From a virus: a stretch of DNA of 64,000 nt. Of the stretch, positions 11,501 to 23,100 are shown in pieces. The position numbers were made by a program, and so were the translations under genes. Position 1 is the stretch's first letter. Each line of letters opens with the position of its first letter. The stretch lies in the IMG/VR virus record IMGVR_UViG_3300025276_000021; one strand, given 5' to 3'. The notes beneath the pieces are model-generated. The model was not told the DNA's origin. It did no database searches and worked only from the letters and a program-made list of their open reading frames with translations.

Positions 11501-14133
11501 CCATATGTTGTTACACCTGTTGTGTATTCGGTTGCTGCTGTAACACCTCCTCTATGTGCATCAGGAACATTTTTATATGCAACTTCAGGATCCCAGCGCC
11601 AACTCTTTTGCGAAAACTTTAATACAGCCTGATTGTATGTGTAATCGTGAGAATGACCACCTGCGCCAGTACCAAGGCCTTCATTTTCAAATTCCCTGAT
11701 CCGTTTCATGTTGGCATTATATGTGTTACCCATACTGCCGTGCTCATGGTCAGAGTTCCAAATCGTTCTCATTCGCCACGCTGAGTATTGTCCTGCAGCC
11801 TCTTGAGCGTTGGTGCCTCTACTAGATATTATAAATTTATACGGACCATCGCCACTTGGAAAAGGGTAACTTGCCTTCCAAACACCGTTGGTAAACATAT
11901 GAACATGACTATCTTGTTCCGAAATTATAAATTCTTCATGGTTCTGCGTTTTGCCGTATATTCCGCTAGTATAATATTTAGAAATGTCTATATCATCTAC
12001 AGCTTCACTGTAAATGCCATCGCCATGAGGCTCACTGAAGGGGTAAGTACCATAGTTTCCTCCAGTGGTGCTGGGGTAAACCCAACTGCCACCCGGACGC
12101 GGACCAGAAGGCATTCTATTTTCATAAAATACGCTAGTATCGTCTATTAGACTTTCTTTGACTAGATAATATTTATAATTTCTGGTCTCTGAGAAATAGC
12201 GGTCATACCAATTTCCTGGTTCCCTCTCACCAACTTCAAAATAATAATTATTCTTGCCGCCAGGAGTAATTGTCATACTATTAATTTTTACATAACTTGC
12301 AAGAACGGGTGTAGAAACCTTACTATATTTAGTCCGATACTGCACGCTCCAAGTCTTAAACCAGAAGCTGTTTTCGTTGTTGGTACTACCAGGGGGTACC
12401 AAGCGCCAGCGATAGCCTTGGTGTCCAAAGCCGTGGTGCTCAGTCGCGCCATTTTTAAAGAGACCCATATTAATCCGGTCATTTTCTGTAAAGTTCACGC
12501 CTGTTGCAGGATTTTTCACGAAGTCTGGCCAATATAAATTTTTCCACCAAGAGCCACTGGTACTTCCTTTAAACTTTGTCCCGGTTGGATTTGACCTTTG
12601 AAAAACAGACCCATCGGAGGTCTCTTTGCGAGAGCCATATGCTGAGCCATTGCCTACAACATGCCCAGCCACCCAGGAAGGTTCCTTAAATGCATTTTCT
12701 GTATACCTTGGAAAATATGGAAAGCCATACTTTGAAAAACCCGCGCCGCCGCCAAGATCATCATTAGACCTATGATAACTCATATTTGCTGCAGGATAGT
12801 TACCATAATCAGAGGATGAATAACCACCTGCTAAAATCGTGTTTGCCTGGCCAACGGGCATGGGTCCAACAACAGAAGGATAACAGATAATATACCTGTA
12901 AGAACCATCAGGCAATTTATGAAATGCAGGCTTATCCATAAAAGCTGGACCTTGATTATAAAATTGTGCTCCGTCAGTTCTATCTTTGGTGGCAATTTCT
13001 GTAGATCCAGTAATGCCTCCTGTTATCATAGTCTTAGATTCTGTAAATGAAGTCAAATCTGGCGGCAAAAACGCTGTTCCTGCCCATTCATCATTATCTA
13101 AAGATGTTGTAATGGAAGCTTCTCCTTGATAGTTACTATCAATCCAAAGTCTGATTTTTCCGGGTCTCGGATTTACATCCCAAGATATTACGTGCTGATT
13201 TATATTATCGGGAACATTAGCAGTCAAAGATAATTGTTTGCTTCTTCCTGCTGAAATTTCGATTTGAGTTCCCAAATTTATTGTTCTAACAACTAACCTA
13301 TTTGTTTCCACGCCACAGAAGAACAAAGTTTTATCGCTTTCTGGTATTGTAGTTTTTATAGAAAATGAAGCGGAAACTTTCCTATCAATGTCTTTGCTTG
13401 GGTCTACTACGCCTACAGGAAAATGAGTACTATCTTGCCTAGTTAGAGAAGTTAGAAGATTTCCATCTCTGTATATTCTAGGCTCAAATCCATCATACGA
13501 TAAAACATTATGTGTCCAGCTATCGGATAGTAAATTACTATCTTCATGTAAATTATATTTTGTTCCGTTATAAACAATTCCTGTTTCGTCAAGAGATAAG
13601 AGCGTATCGAATCTTTGATTTATAGAAAATATTCTATTATTTTTAGTATTAAATTTATTATAAAGATATTCTATAGTAAATGGCGAAAATAAATTCAAAC
13701 TATCTAAAGCTGAATCAACTTGCATAATATTCCAATCACTTTCTAAAGTAATTGACGAGTTTCCTGAATCATAAGCAGGAAACAACTTTGCGTCTATTGC
13801 TCCAAAATTAGTAATAGTATGCGAATCCAAAGAAAGATCCATAAAAGAATCTGTCCAAGGCAACACTGCGGCGAACGCCCGACCATCATCGTTCGCACCT
13901 CTATTTGTCCAAAAATCTATTGTAATAGAATCGTTTGTACTATCGAAATTTTCAAAAGGAGTGCCTAAATCTAATTGCTTCGATCCCAAAAAACGATATG
14001 AGAATGATGGGAATGTTGATAAGTCAAAATAACGATATATGCCAGATTTTGCGCCTGAAGCAATTACTACCTCATCGCCTTCTTTCGCAACTTGGTTAAT
14101 CTCGCCAAAACTATCATGTATAAATGTCGCCAC
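8578..14133 (-). CDS. Large virion/fibre-associated protein with LamG-like and cupredoxin-like modules (1851 aa)
   Basis: GTG start with AAGGA site. LamG-like segments (FTIEY...WTHNVLSYDG..RIYRDG; WHHHSF...YFDG), two YYCxNHSxMG modules, and a GDAIVIAPGTY beta-helix-like start. Confidence 0.65.
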   Translation of the reverse strand: MATFIHDSFGEINQVAKEGDEVVIASGAKSGIYRYFDLSTFPSFSYRFLGSKQLDLGTPFENFDSTNDSITIDFWTNRGANDDGRAFAAVLPWTDSFMDLSLDSHTITNFGAIDAKLFPAYDSGNSSITLESDWNIMQVDSALDSLNLFSPFTIEYLYNKFNTKNNRIFSINQRFDTLLSLDETGIVYNGTKYNLHEDSNLLSDSWTHNVLSYDGFEPRIYRDGNLLTSLTRQDSTHFPVGVVDPSKDIDRKVSASFSIKTTIPESDKTLFFCGVETNRLVVRTINLGTQIEISAGRSKQLSLTANVPDNINQHVISWDVNPRPGKIRLWIDSNYQGEASITTSLDNDEWAGTAFLPPDLTSFTESKTMITGGITGSTEIATKDRTDGAQFYNQGPAFMDKPAFHKLPDGSYRYIICYPSVVGPMPVGQANTILAGGYSSSDYGNYPAANMSYHRSNDDLGGGAGFSKYGFPYFPRYTENAFKEPSWVAGHVVGNGSAYGSRKETSDGSVFQRSNPTGTKFKGSTSGSWWKNLYWPDFVKNPATGVNFTENDRINMGLFKNGATEHHGFGHQGYRWRLVPPGSTNNENSFWFKTWSVQYRTKYSKVSTPVLASYVKINSMTITPGGKNNYYFEVGEREPGNWYDRYFSETRNYKYYLVKESLIDDTSVFYENRMPSGPRPGGSWVYPSTTGGNYGTYPFSEPHGDGIYSEAVDDIDISKYYTSGIYGKTQNHEEFIISEQDSHVHMFTNGVWKASYPFPSGDGPYKFIISSRGTNAQEAAGQYSAWRMRTIWNSDHEHGSMGNTYNANMKRIREFENEGLGTGAGGHSHDYTYNQAVLKFSQKSWRWDPEVAYKNVPDAHRGGVTAATEYTTGVTTYGTPGSAGAYTEITVAAGEPILNYYCGNHSGMGGATDHSAATATTYVVTVASTSDGNKYFLNGVQQALISLAPGATYTFDQSDTSNATHILKFSTTANGTHAGSVATSKIGSVGIDSDGSTWTGTLSSNLLYNKQLFVNYSDAELFVGNNIKSVKGLPHETGTQHAIDYVANTGGTIYNWSNPDGSGLSLQQQMSQINDGDAIVIAPGTYTVINDHGTANMSGVLGFHQRKNILITGSTNDPTDVILDVAYFGELFSGRNAADGASPSGALKELAYLTFKHSPWALIYAPTYSVSGRAYRVNFEFRSNSYHVYASRRTSDIRFEECLISNTSTPRNSIWSKYDARCFKWINCIFEKTGGQDPALQTDPRQANVFIGTNIMQVGDDIKPSKSKFRLGIPYFKVDTENPNTPVNKKRYIEDFMIHKTDKYDSISVTTTLITTVVGGNPSNHPYHNVGSSNKYAIDGSTATSDVTLLLTEGSTYRFDQSASSNSGHPLRFSSTPNGTHDGGSEYTTGVTTSGTPGNAGAYTQIVVASGAPTLYYYCTNHSSMGWKANTPASGLFPINRQPFTDSNTKLHIASNMTGGEQLAYNIDGTLIINNKSIKLNNASNDLGDWHHHSFNYRGSDNVLFSYFDGNKIDSMNIELDIEELSKSNLLLASTDDYDITSHSIVKSFSNLYIKEMRVSRKMRESGDVFTLPDADLTTDSYTVILDATVSGNPLSIDVSPYTADAKAYRKVHSFNPGIESAAFEPLVTIGSGTNAPAKNEEPLNFTLRDGYRPVPHYVFKYESDGLLSNPTGYTSIVESDGSYIGELTGFIHDSLVTPDSDLAFDRSSHIIKLKRFDDLGDSINWSYTKSIPRNNIQLGRYDDDSNSIFYVKAYDISESNLHWNTDLNFVGKHIDSATRTPHIESGTRLNDSTSGDIEVIFEYNGDMGVGVTYIADIQYIRIFDLDSSKAIGFDSTQVTFDPFQSYEGYL

Positions 14134-14157
14134 TATATTATCCTTTTTGTGAGCAGA

Positions 14158-17100
14158 TTATTTTTCAGTGAATAACCAGCCGTTCGCAGTATTATAATAA
14201 ACTAAACCAAACGCTGCACGGTCAACATCAATCGTTAAATCTGAATCGCTTGCTTCAATCTTATGTCCATTTCTATTTATAGTGATATTATTAGTCGATG
14301 CATTTCCCGTTCCATCTATAATTCTAATTTCATCTCCCAATGTGGCAGTAACAGGAAGATTTACGACGATTGCTGTTGAAGTGTCAAGGATAAGTCTTTG
14401 TCCAGCTGTTACTGTGACTGTAGATGTTACTTCTGACCAACTATTTGGAGCTGATGTTCTGGCTGAAATATATGCACTATCGACAATTCCTACAACGTCT
14501 GCGCTATCAAATGCTGCTGGAATAACAACTCTTGCGTTGATGTATGCACTATCAATTAAACCTATGACCGAAGCACTATCAGTTCCAGATGATCCAGATG
14601 AAACTCTTGCGTTGATGTATGCACTATCAATTAAACTTACAACACTTGATGCTCCAGATGGATTTGCTTTTACCCACTGCGAAGTTGCATTGTCGTCCGT
14701 ATAGTAAACATATGTTTCTAGAGCTTCTGGATCAAACCACATCTGTCCTTCTTCTGGTGATGCTGGTGCAGTATCGGATACTGTTAATCCACCGCCCGAG
14801 GAGCCGCCTGCGATTTCAATAATGTCAGCACTATCCAGAATACTTGCGTCATATAACTCTGTTCCGTGTACAATAGCGTTAATGATTATTTCATCGCCAG
14901 AGTCTAAACCGTATGTTGTTGTGATAGTGTTCGTAGCTGTTACTGAATAGTCTGCTCCCAATACAAGTCTGATACCATTATTAAATACTTGAATTTTATC
15001 AGCATCGAATGAAGCATTAATCCCATTAACATCTGTACCAGTAAATACTGTTGAACCACTATCAGCTTCAAATTTGTAGTTAACAAATTTAGGTTTCGTA
15101 TATGCGACTTGTGTTGTGGTGTTATAAACAACAGAGCCAGTAGCATTTTTGAAGCCCATAATCGTTATTTCGTCAGTAGAGTCTGCGGCAGTATTCAGTG
15201 TTACCGTATCTGTACCAGTTCTAGTATAATCGTCATTAAATCTAAGCAAAGCACCGTTAAAATAAACTAGTGGAGAATTATTAGTTGCCAGAAATTCTAG
15301 CGCGATTCCATTTTCATCGTTACCTGTAAACACAGTTTGATTTTGTGTTGCAGTATATTTGTAAATATCAAACCCAGTTGTTGTGCCAACACGCGCTTGA
15401 ATGTATGCACTATCTACAGTATTTGCGACAGTTTCTTCCGATACAGTAACTCTTGCGCCTATATAAGCACTATCAATAAGATTGACGATTGCTGCACTGT
15501 CAGTTCCAGCAGATACTCTCGCTTGGATATAAGCACTATCGACAAGATTACCAGCGACAAAGGAAGCATCTGCACTATCAAATGCTGCTGGGATAACAAC
15601 TCTTGCATTGACGTATGCACTATCGACAAGATTACCAGCGACGAAAGAAGCATCTGCACTATCAAATGCGGGTGGGATAACAACTCTTGCGTTGATGTAT
15701 GCACTATCAATATCAGATGCATTAGCTAGTTGAATCCAATTACCAGCATGAGAATAATATGCTTTTTGTGTTCCATGAACATGTGCAAACATACCATGAT
15801 ATGTGCTGGCTGATGGAAGATCGCCTTCAGTAGAATAAACATTTGAATATAGAACTTTATTTGAACCAAGATTAAGGTCTCCAGTCAAAGTTCCGCCGGC
15901 TAATGGTAATTTATCAGCAATACTATTCGTTATTGTAGTCGAGAAATTAGAATCGTTTCCTAATGCAGACGCTAATTCAACTAAAGTGTTTAATGCGTCT
16001 GGTGCAGCGCCAACAAGTCCGTTTACTGCACTATCAGCAATAGTGCGGACAAAATCTTCAGTCGGTAGTACATTCCATGAGCCGCCCTGTGCAACTCTTG
16101 GTTTGCCTGCTTGCATTGCAAACATACCTTCGTAAGTAGAAGGACTAGGCATACTTGCAATTGTAGGATAATTGTTAGAGTATGCAATTTTATTTGCGCC
16201 GAAATCTATATCTGAAGTGCCTATTCCGATTGCAGTATTGATATATGCTGTTGTTACGACATTAGCAATATCCGATGCACTGGCTGCTTCCTGTCTTGAT
16301 TGGACATAAGCACTATCAACAAATATATTAGATATAGATGTAATATAAGCACTATCGATAACAGATTTTAAATCAGCACTTAAAATATAAGCACTATCTG
16401 CCACAGATTTTATCCATGTGATATTTGCTCTTGATTGAACATAAGCACTATCAATCATATTGCTGGCTGCGTTTGAATCTATACCTATTACTTTAGATGC
16501 AATGCCGTTTTCATCTGCAATACTAATTCCTGTGGGACTAGAAGATAGTGATATTCCGCCAAGGTTGATTGTGTTTCCACTAAGATGTAAGTCTCTCCAA
16601 GCGCGAGTTGGCGATCCTAGATCGTATATTTCATGCGCTGCAGGTATTACATTATGTGCAGAATTTAAGACACTTTGAATATATCCTGAGTCAGCAGCAC
16701 TTAAAATGTACGCTGAGTCTGCGGCACTTAAAATATATGCACTATCTGCTACTGTTTTTACATACGCTGAGTCTGCGGCACTTAAAATATATGCACTATC
16801 AATAACAGATTTTAAATCTGTACCCAGAACGTATGCACTATCAGCAGCACTTAAAATATATGCACTATCAATAACAGATTTTAAATCTGTGCCTAGAACG
16901 TATGCTGAGTCTGCGGCACTTAAAATATATGCACTATCAATAACAGATTTTAAATCTGTACCTAGAATGTATGCTGAGTCTGCAATAAATTTGATATGGT
17001 CACTATCAGCCGCAGAATGAATATAAGCACTATCAATTATCTCTTTCAGATAATTTTCGTTTACTATAGTCGAAATATGATCACTATCAGCCGCAGAATG

Positions 17101-20100
17101 AATATAATCACTATCCGCAAGTTCTCTGATCCATTCATAACTTGCTACTGTTTTGACATAATCACTATCCAGAAGATCCACAATATTAACAGAATTTATG
17201 AATACACCATCATCTGCATTTATTTTGCCTGCAACGTCAAGTTCAAACGCGGGCGTAGTTTTGCCAATGCCTAAGAATTTGGTATTGTCATATACTGTAT
17301 ATGTACTTCCTTCTTCAAACACATTTGTAATTTGTAATTTTTCGCCATTGATTTCAATGTGTCCATTCCAAATTTCAAGTGCAGCTTTTTCTACAAACCC
17401 TGCTGGATCTTGAGGACCAGATATTACAACTTTGCCGCCTACACCTAGTCCTGCATTCGAGGCGCCCGGCGTAGTTTTACCGAGGAAATCGATCAGTTCT
17501 GTGCCTTGTACAATAGTATTGCCTGAGATAAGAGTTACATCATAAGGTGATTTGCCGATGCCGACTTTAGTATTATATAAAGCCTCAAATGCGCTTGGAT
17601 TTGTAAACTGAGTCCAACCTGTAGGAGTAATAGGATAATCATTACCAAACTTAGGTGATGGTCCATTAACTCTAAACGCAATCATAGATGGATCAATTGC
17701 AGAATCGAGTCTTTCTTGCAAGTCCTCGAACGATGGCCATGGTGTTGTGTCTACACGATCATTAATATAGTCAGCATCTATCATTTCAAATACTGCAACA
17801 GAATCATTTGCGTGAAGTGGATTTCCACCAAAGCTTGCGCGTTCATTGATGTAAGTACTATCAAACCAAAGAGTTGCAGATTCTTCACTTATGCTTATGG
17901 TATAAGCTTCCGTGACATGATTCAAATATACAGCGTCTTCCTGAACAAGAGGAAGAATAACATCGCCTTGATAAGTTAAGCCGTCGAGGTTTACATTTCC
18001 TTTAACGTCTAATTTATAAGGAATAGCTGGTTTGTAATCAAAGCCGTTTGGAGGATATCTCAGATAATTTGGGTTATTATCAAAGCTAGATTTGTCTAGT
18101 CCTATTCCTACTGCACCTTGACCATTATAAAGTAGATCGCCTGTTGGTCCCGAATTATCGTTTTGGAAGAACATGTCATCAGTTTGAGTTTGTCTTAGAT
18201 ACTCTTTTGTGACTGCTGAATGGATATAATCACTGTCAGCAATAAATTTGATATGATCGCTATCAGAAGCAATTTGTCTAATATAATCATACAAACGCAT
18301 GCCCTGGACAAAGAATTGATTATTTCTTCCTCCTACATCACCACAGACATTAATGTTACCATAGACTTCTAAGCCGATATCTGTATTACTCCAAGCGCCG
18401 TTAGAAGTTGTTACAGATTTTGTGCTACTATTTAATGTAGGACTTGAAGGAACAGTATTTACAACATCCTGACCTATGATAACTGTACCGCCCTGAATAG
18501 ATAGTGTGTCTGGCGTGCTTGAAGTAACTTGAGTACTACCTAGACCAATCGAAACACTATTTGTTGCAGTTGCCGCCGTCGATACATTATGTCCTAGTGA
18601 AATAGTATTAAGTCCGTCAGCAGAAATATTTCTACCAATCGCGATTGCGTTATTTGCTGCAGTAATGTCGCGTCCAAATGCAATTGCGTTATTTGTTACT
18701 GTATTACTTCTACCAAATGCGATACCGTCTGATGCAGCATTATTTAATCTACCAAACGCGGATGAGAAACTATTTGATGTTGATGCAGTGTTGTTATGAC
18801 CGAATGCTATACCACCATCAGTAGTATTAGATTTACCAAATGCTTGACCAGAGTAACTTACTTGGTTGCTAGATCCAAATGCGATACCATTATAACCTGC
18901 TACAGTATTTGCACGCCCGTAAACCATTGACTCAAGATTATTGTTTGTTGAGCTTGTAGATGCAGTATTGCTGTGTCCAAAAATAGTAACTCTATAATTT
19001 CCGGTGTTACTATTTCCGAAAATTTCAGATGAATTATTACCCGTATTAGAACGCCCAACTACATTAGTATCAACATTTCCAGTATTATAAGTGCCAACTG
19101 TGTATTCATAATTACCAGAACTACTTGTCGAGTTTCCATGTCCTATAACTATATAGTTTGTGCCTACAGTATTACTTGATCCAACACCGGTTGAATTTGT
19201 ACCTACTGTGTTGTTTCGTCCAACAGATACAGATAATCTGCCCGATGCTAGTGTTCTATAGCCGATTGCCGTAGATTGAGTTCCAGATGCAACACTTCCG
19301 TGTCCTGAAGCAAAGGCTGTGCCACCTGATGCCAGATTGTTCATGCCAATAGCAACGCCGCTGTTACCAGTTGTCTTATTTGATCTACCAATTGCAACAC
19401 CGTTTGACGAAGCGGCAGAGTTTCCTTTACCTATACTTACAGCATTTGTGCCGTTAATTAATGAACCTTCGCCAATGACAACTCCAGAGTTGCCACTTTT
19501 AACTGATCTACCTAGTGCAAGACCATTTGCGCCATAAGCGTATACGTTTTGTCCAATTGCTAGTCCGCCGGAAGTTGCATAGAGCGAGTTACCTATAGCT
19601 GTACCGCCGCCCGCTGCATAAATTTGTCTACCGATGCCAGTCGCATTAGATGATCCCGTAACTTCAACATCATAGCCTATTGATGATCCATAATGCGAAT
19701 TTACTTTTGAATTTCTACCAATAACAACGCCATGACTACCGCGCGTTTGGACTTCAACGTCTTTACCTACAGCAACAGCTTGTGCAGAGTTTACAACAGC
19801 ATTGTTACCTACAGCAACAGCATCAGACCTTGTACTTTTTGCCCCTGTGCCCACGACAACAGACCTTCTGGCACTAGTGGTAGTAGTTATATTATTTCTA
19901 CCTATAGAGACAACTTCTGATCCTCTTTGTGACGAGAAATTGCTTGCACCTACAAAGACAGAGTTTGCAGCATTATCAATAGAAAAGTTTCTGCCCATAA
20001 CTATAGAGCTTGCTGCATTATTAGTGGTTATCGTATGACCCATAATTGTTGAGTTTAATGCATTAGTAGTGTTTATCGTATATCCGATTGCTAGTGCAGT

Positions 20101-23100
20101 TTTAGAAATACTAACATCTTTACCTATAAGAATACTATTATCTGCATTTGTGGTAAGTGTAGTCAGACCTTTACCAATAGATACAATATTAGCAGCGAGA
20201 TTTGCTGTAGGTGTATTGATAGTAGCACCAATAGATAGATTATTTGCTCCGTAGCTGAATATCGTTTGACCAATTGATACGATATTGTTTGTGGAAAATC
20301 TATGTACTGTGTTTACGTCTGTATTCGTAATTCCTTGACCGAGAGCAACAGAACCAAAATTTTCGTTAATGATCGTTTGACCTATTGAAACTGCGTGTGT
20401 TCTATTTACTGAACCACTTACAGTCTCGTCAAATGTAACGCCTGCTTTCGTATCATTACCAAGAGCAGTAGAGTGATGTCCCGCTCTTGTATTACTACCT
20501 ATTGCGATTGATTTGAAACCTACATTACTATCTTTCCAGAAATCTGCTGAAGTAGCATAATCCAGAGCACCAATTCTTAATGCGCCTCTTGTGCCAAACC
20601 ACATCATACTAGATGCTGAATTATAATTAGGAATTGAGCCTCTAATTGGATTATTTTGGTCAGCTTCTAAAATACTACTTAGGAATACAGCATTTCCAGA
20701 ATCTACAATAAATTTTGTGAAATCGTCTGTTGCCAATAGTGTATTTTTAGGACCAATAATTACGGCGCCTTCTTCATCATAATAAATTTTCTTTTGACTT
20801 CCTGTCTGTTCGATATTCCAGGGAGTTTCAAGTCTAGTACCAATATAATCTGAATCTACAATTCTTGCGATATGATCATCTACATCAACTCTAAGAATTT
20901 TTCTGGTGCCGTCTGCATTTAATACATGATGTAGCTTTCCTGTCGGAGTAGTATACGCTTTACCACCAAAGACTGGAGAACCGTCAGATTCAATTTTATA
21001 CATGACATTCTGAGCATCACCTTCAGTAGTAAAGAAGGTTTGATAATTTACGCTAGTCTCGAAGAATTTTTGGGCACGGACATGCTTCAATGTAGAATGA
21101 TATTGATTATATGTATTAGGTGGGAATACTGTTTTTATGCCGGAGCCTGTTCCGTCAGACTCATGCTTGAAATAGTACATTGGGTTACTAACAAACACTG
21201 AGCCTTGCGAATCAACATCAATATCGTCTTTAAAGAACGACTTACCACCAACGTCTATGTTTCCGCCAGCTTTTATGTTTCCGCCGGCGTCTATAGAATC
21301 TTCTACTGTTAAAGTTCTATTGTAAACGCTATCGTGTATAGTTACTGGTAGACTCAATGTAAGTGTTGGAATGTCGTTAAGTGGTAGACTTTCGAGAACT
21401 CTGACAACATAAGAATCTAGCGTGGCTTGCTTACCTGTTACTGTAGTAACTACTGTTCTTCTAGGATTGCCCGCACTATCAGGATTTCTTGCTGCAATTG
21501 CAGGATCAGCGTTTGTAGGATCGTACCAAGGGCCTAATGTGCCATCGAATGTACCATCAGATTCAATTTTGCCTAATGAGTTGCCGATACCATCACTATC
21601 TTGTTTAAATGCTGAAGAACTAATATTTTGAATAGCGCCATAATACATGACGCCGTTAGGATCCATAGTTAACTGCTTAATTGTAGTATTAGCTGCCGCT
21701 GCCAAATTATCAATGATATGAGAGTCCATACCCTTAGCAAGATTGTATGATGAATCTATAGTACTAGCGGCAATAATATTGCTGTAGTGTCCGTATCCAT
21801 CTTTTTCTGTTCTGAGATGAATGACGCCAGTAGGAGTTCCTTGAACAAAACTATTTGTTAAGTTAGGACCACCGTCTGATTCAACTCTTCCTGATAGAGT
21901 ACCAGAGCCATCAGATTCTTGCTTATCTTCAAGCACTGCGGGAACAATAGTTGAATTAGTAATAGTTTTAGATGGTCCAAAGAACCAAGTACTCTGAGAG
22001 TCAACGTGAACGTCTTGGAAAAACTCTAATGTGCCAGTTGCATTACTTTCAAATCTCATTCCGCCTTTAACAATAAAGCTATCGTGCGTAGTAAATCTAG
22101 AACCTATATGAGGATAGCCTGGTTTCGCAGCGGTTGCCATCGCTGCTGAGCCTAGAACAACTTCTCCGTAAAGATTTGTAGGTCCGAATATATTCGTTTC
22201 ACTTGTTAGTTTAACTGAATAATCTTGAATGATAAATTTATCGCCGAGTTTAATTGTTCCTAGAGAATCACTAACTGCGGCTGAATTGCCTCCCGGAAAA
22301 GGTTCTGAGGATAATCTTAAATCATCATAAATTTCAATATATTGATTATTGATGATTTTAAAATCTCTGTTATTATCATTAGTTAATTGACCTTTAAAAT
22401 TACCTAAAGAATCTAACAACTTGACGATAGGATCATTAACTCCATGGAGAGAAATGCCAGCGTTTATATCTAAAGAATCGCCGTTATCATCAATTAAATT
22501 TGAATCTTTGTCTTGCAAAACACCTGCATCGTCATATTTTTTAGCTGCTAATATGATCGTATTTCGAGTAGATGTTGTATCAGGATACATCCATCTGCTA
22601 TTCGCTGTTGCAGAAATATCATTTGTAGCAAGAGCAGTTTCTAATACATATACTGTTTTTGAATAGTTAATATGCGTTTTTAGTGCATTATAAACTCCAC
22701 CAATGCCATAGATAGCAGAATCAAATAATGCTGTATTTCCTAAAGAGTCGTAGTGAACGCCTTGTACTAATACAGATGAATTGCCATTGCTATCAACTCT
22801 TACAATTCTAGTATAACGATCATCAACGCTATCATTAAACAAAAACGAAACGTGTTGTTCGTCTGCACCAGCATCGGGGTTGCCGATTTGCGTCTGAAGT
22901 TCAACAGTATTTAATGTTTTTGCTTGACGCAGGTTTAAATAACTGCTATCAAATGTAAATGTATATTCAGAATCTAATACGTTATCGTGACCTAATACAA
23001 GCAATCCACCTCTTAGGTGTGTGCTATCACCAACATATAATCCTTTAGTTCCTACTATTTTATTTTCGTTTGCACCTATATTATCTAAGCCAGAATATGA

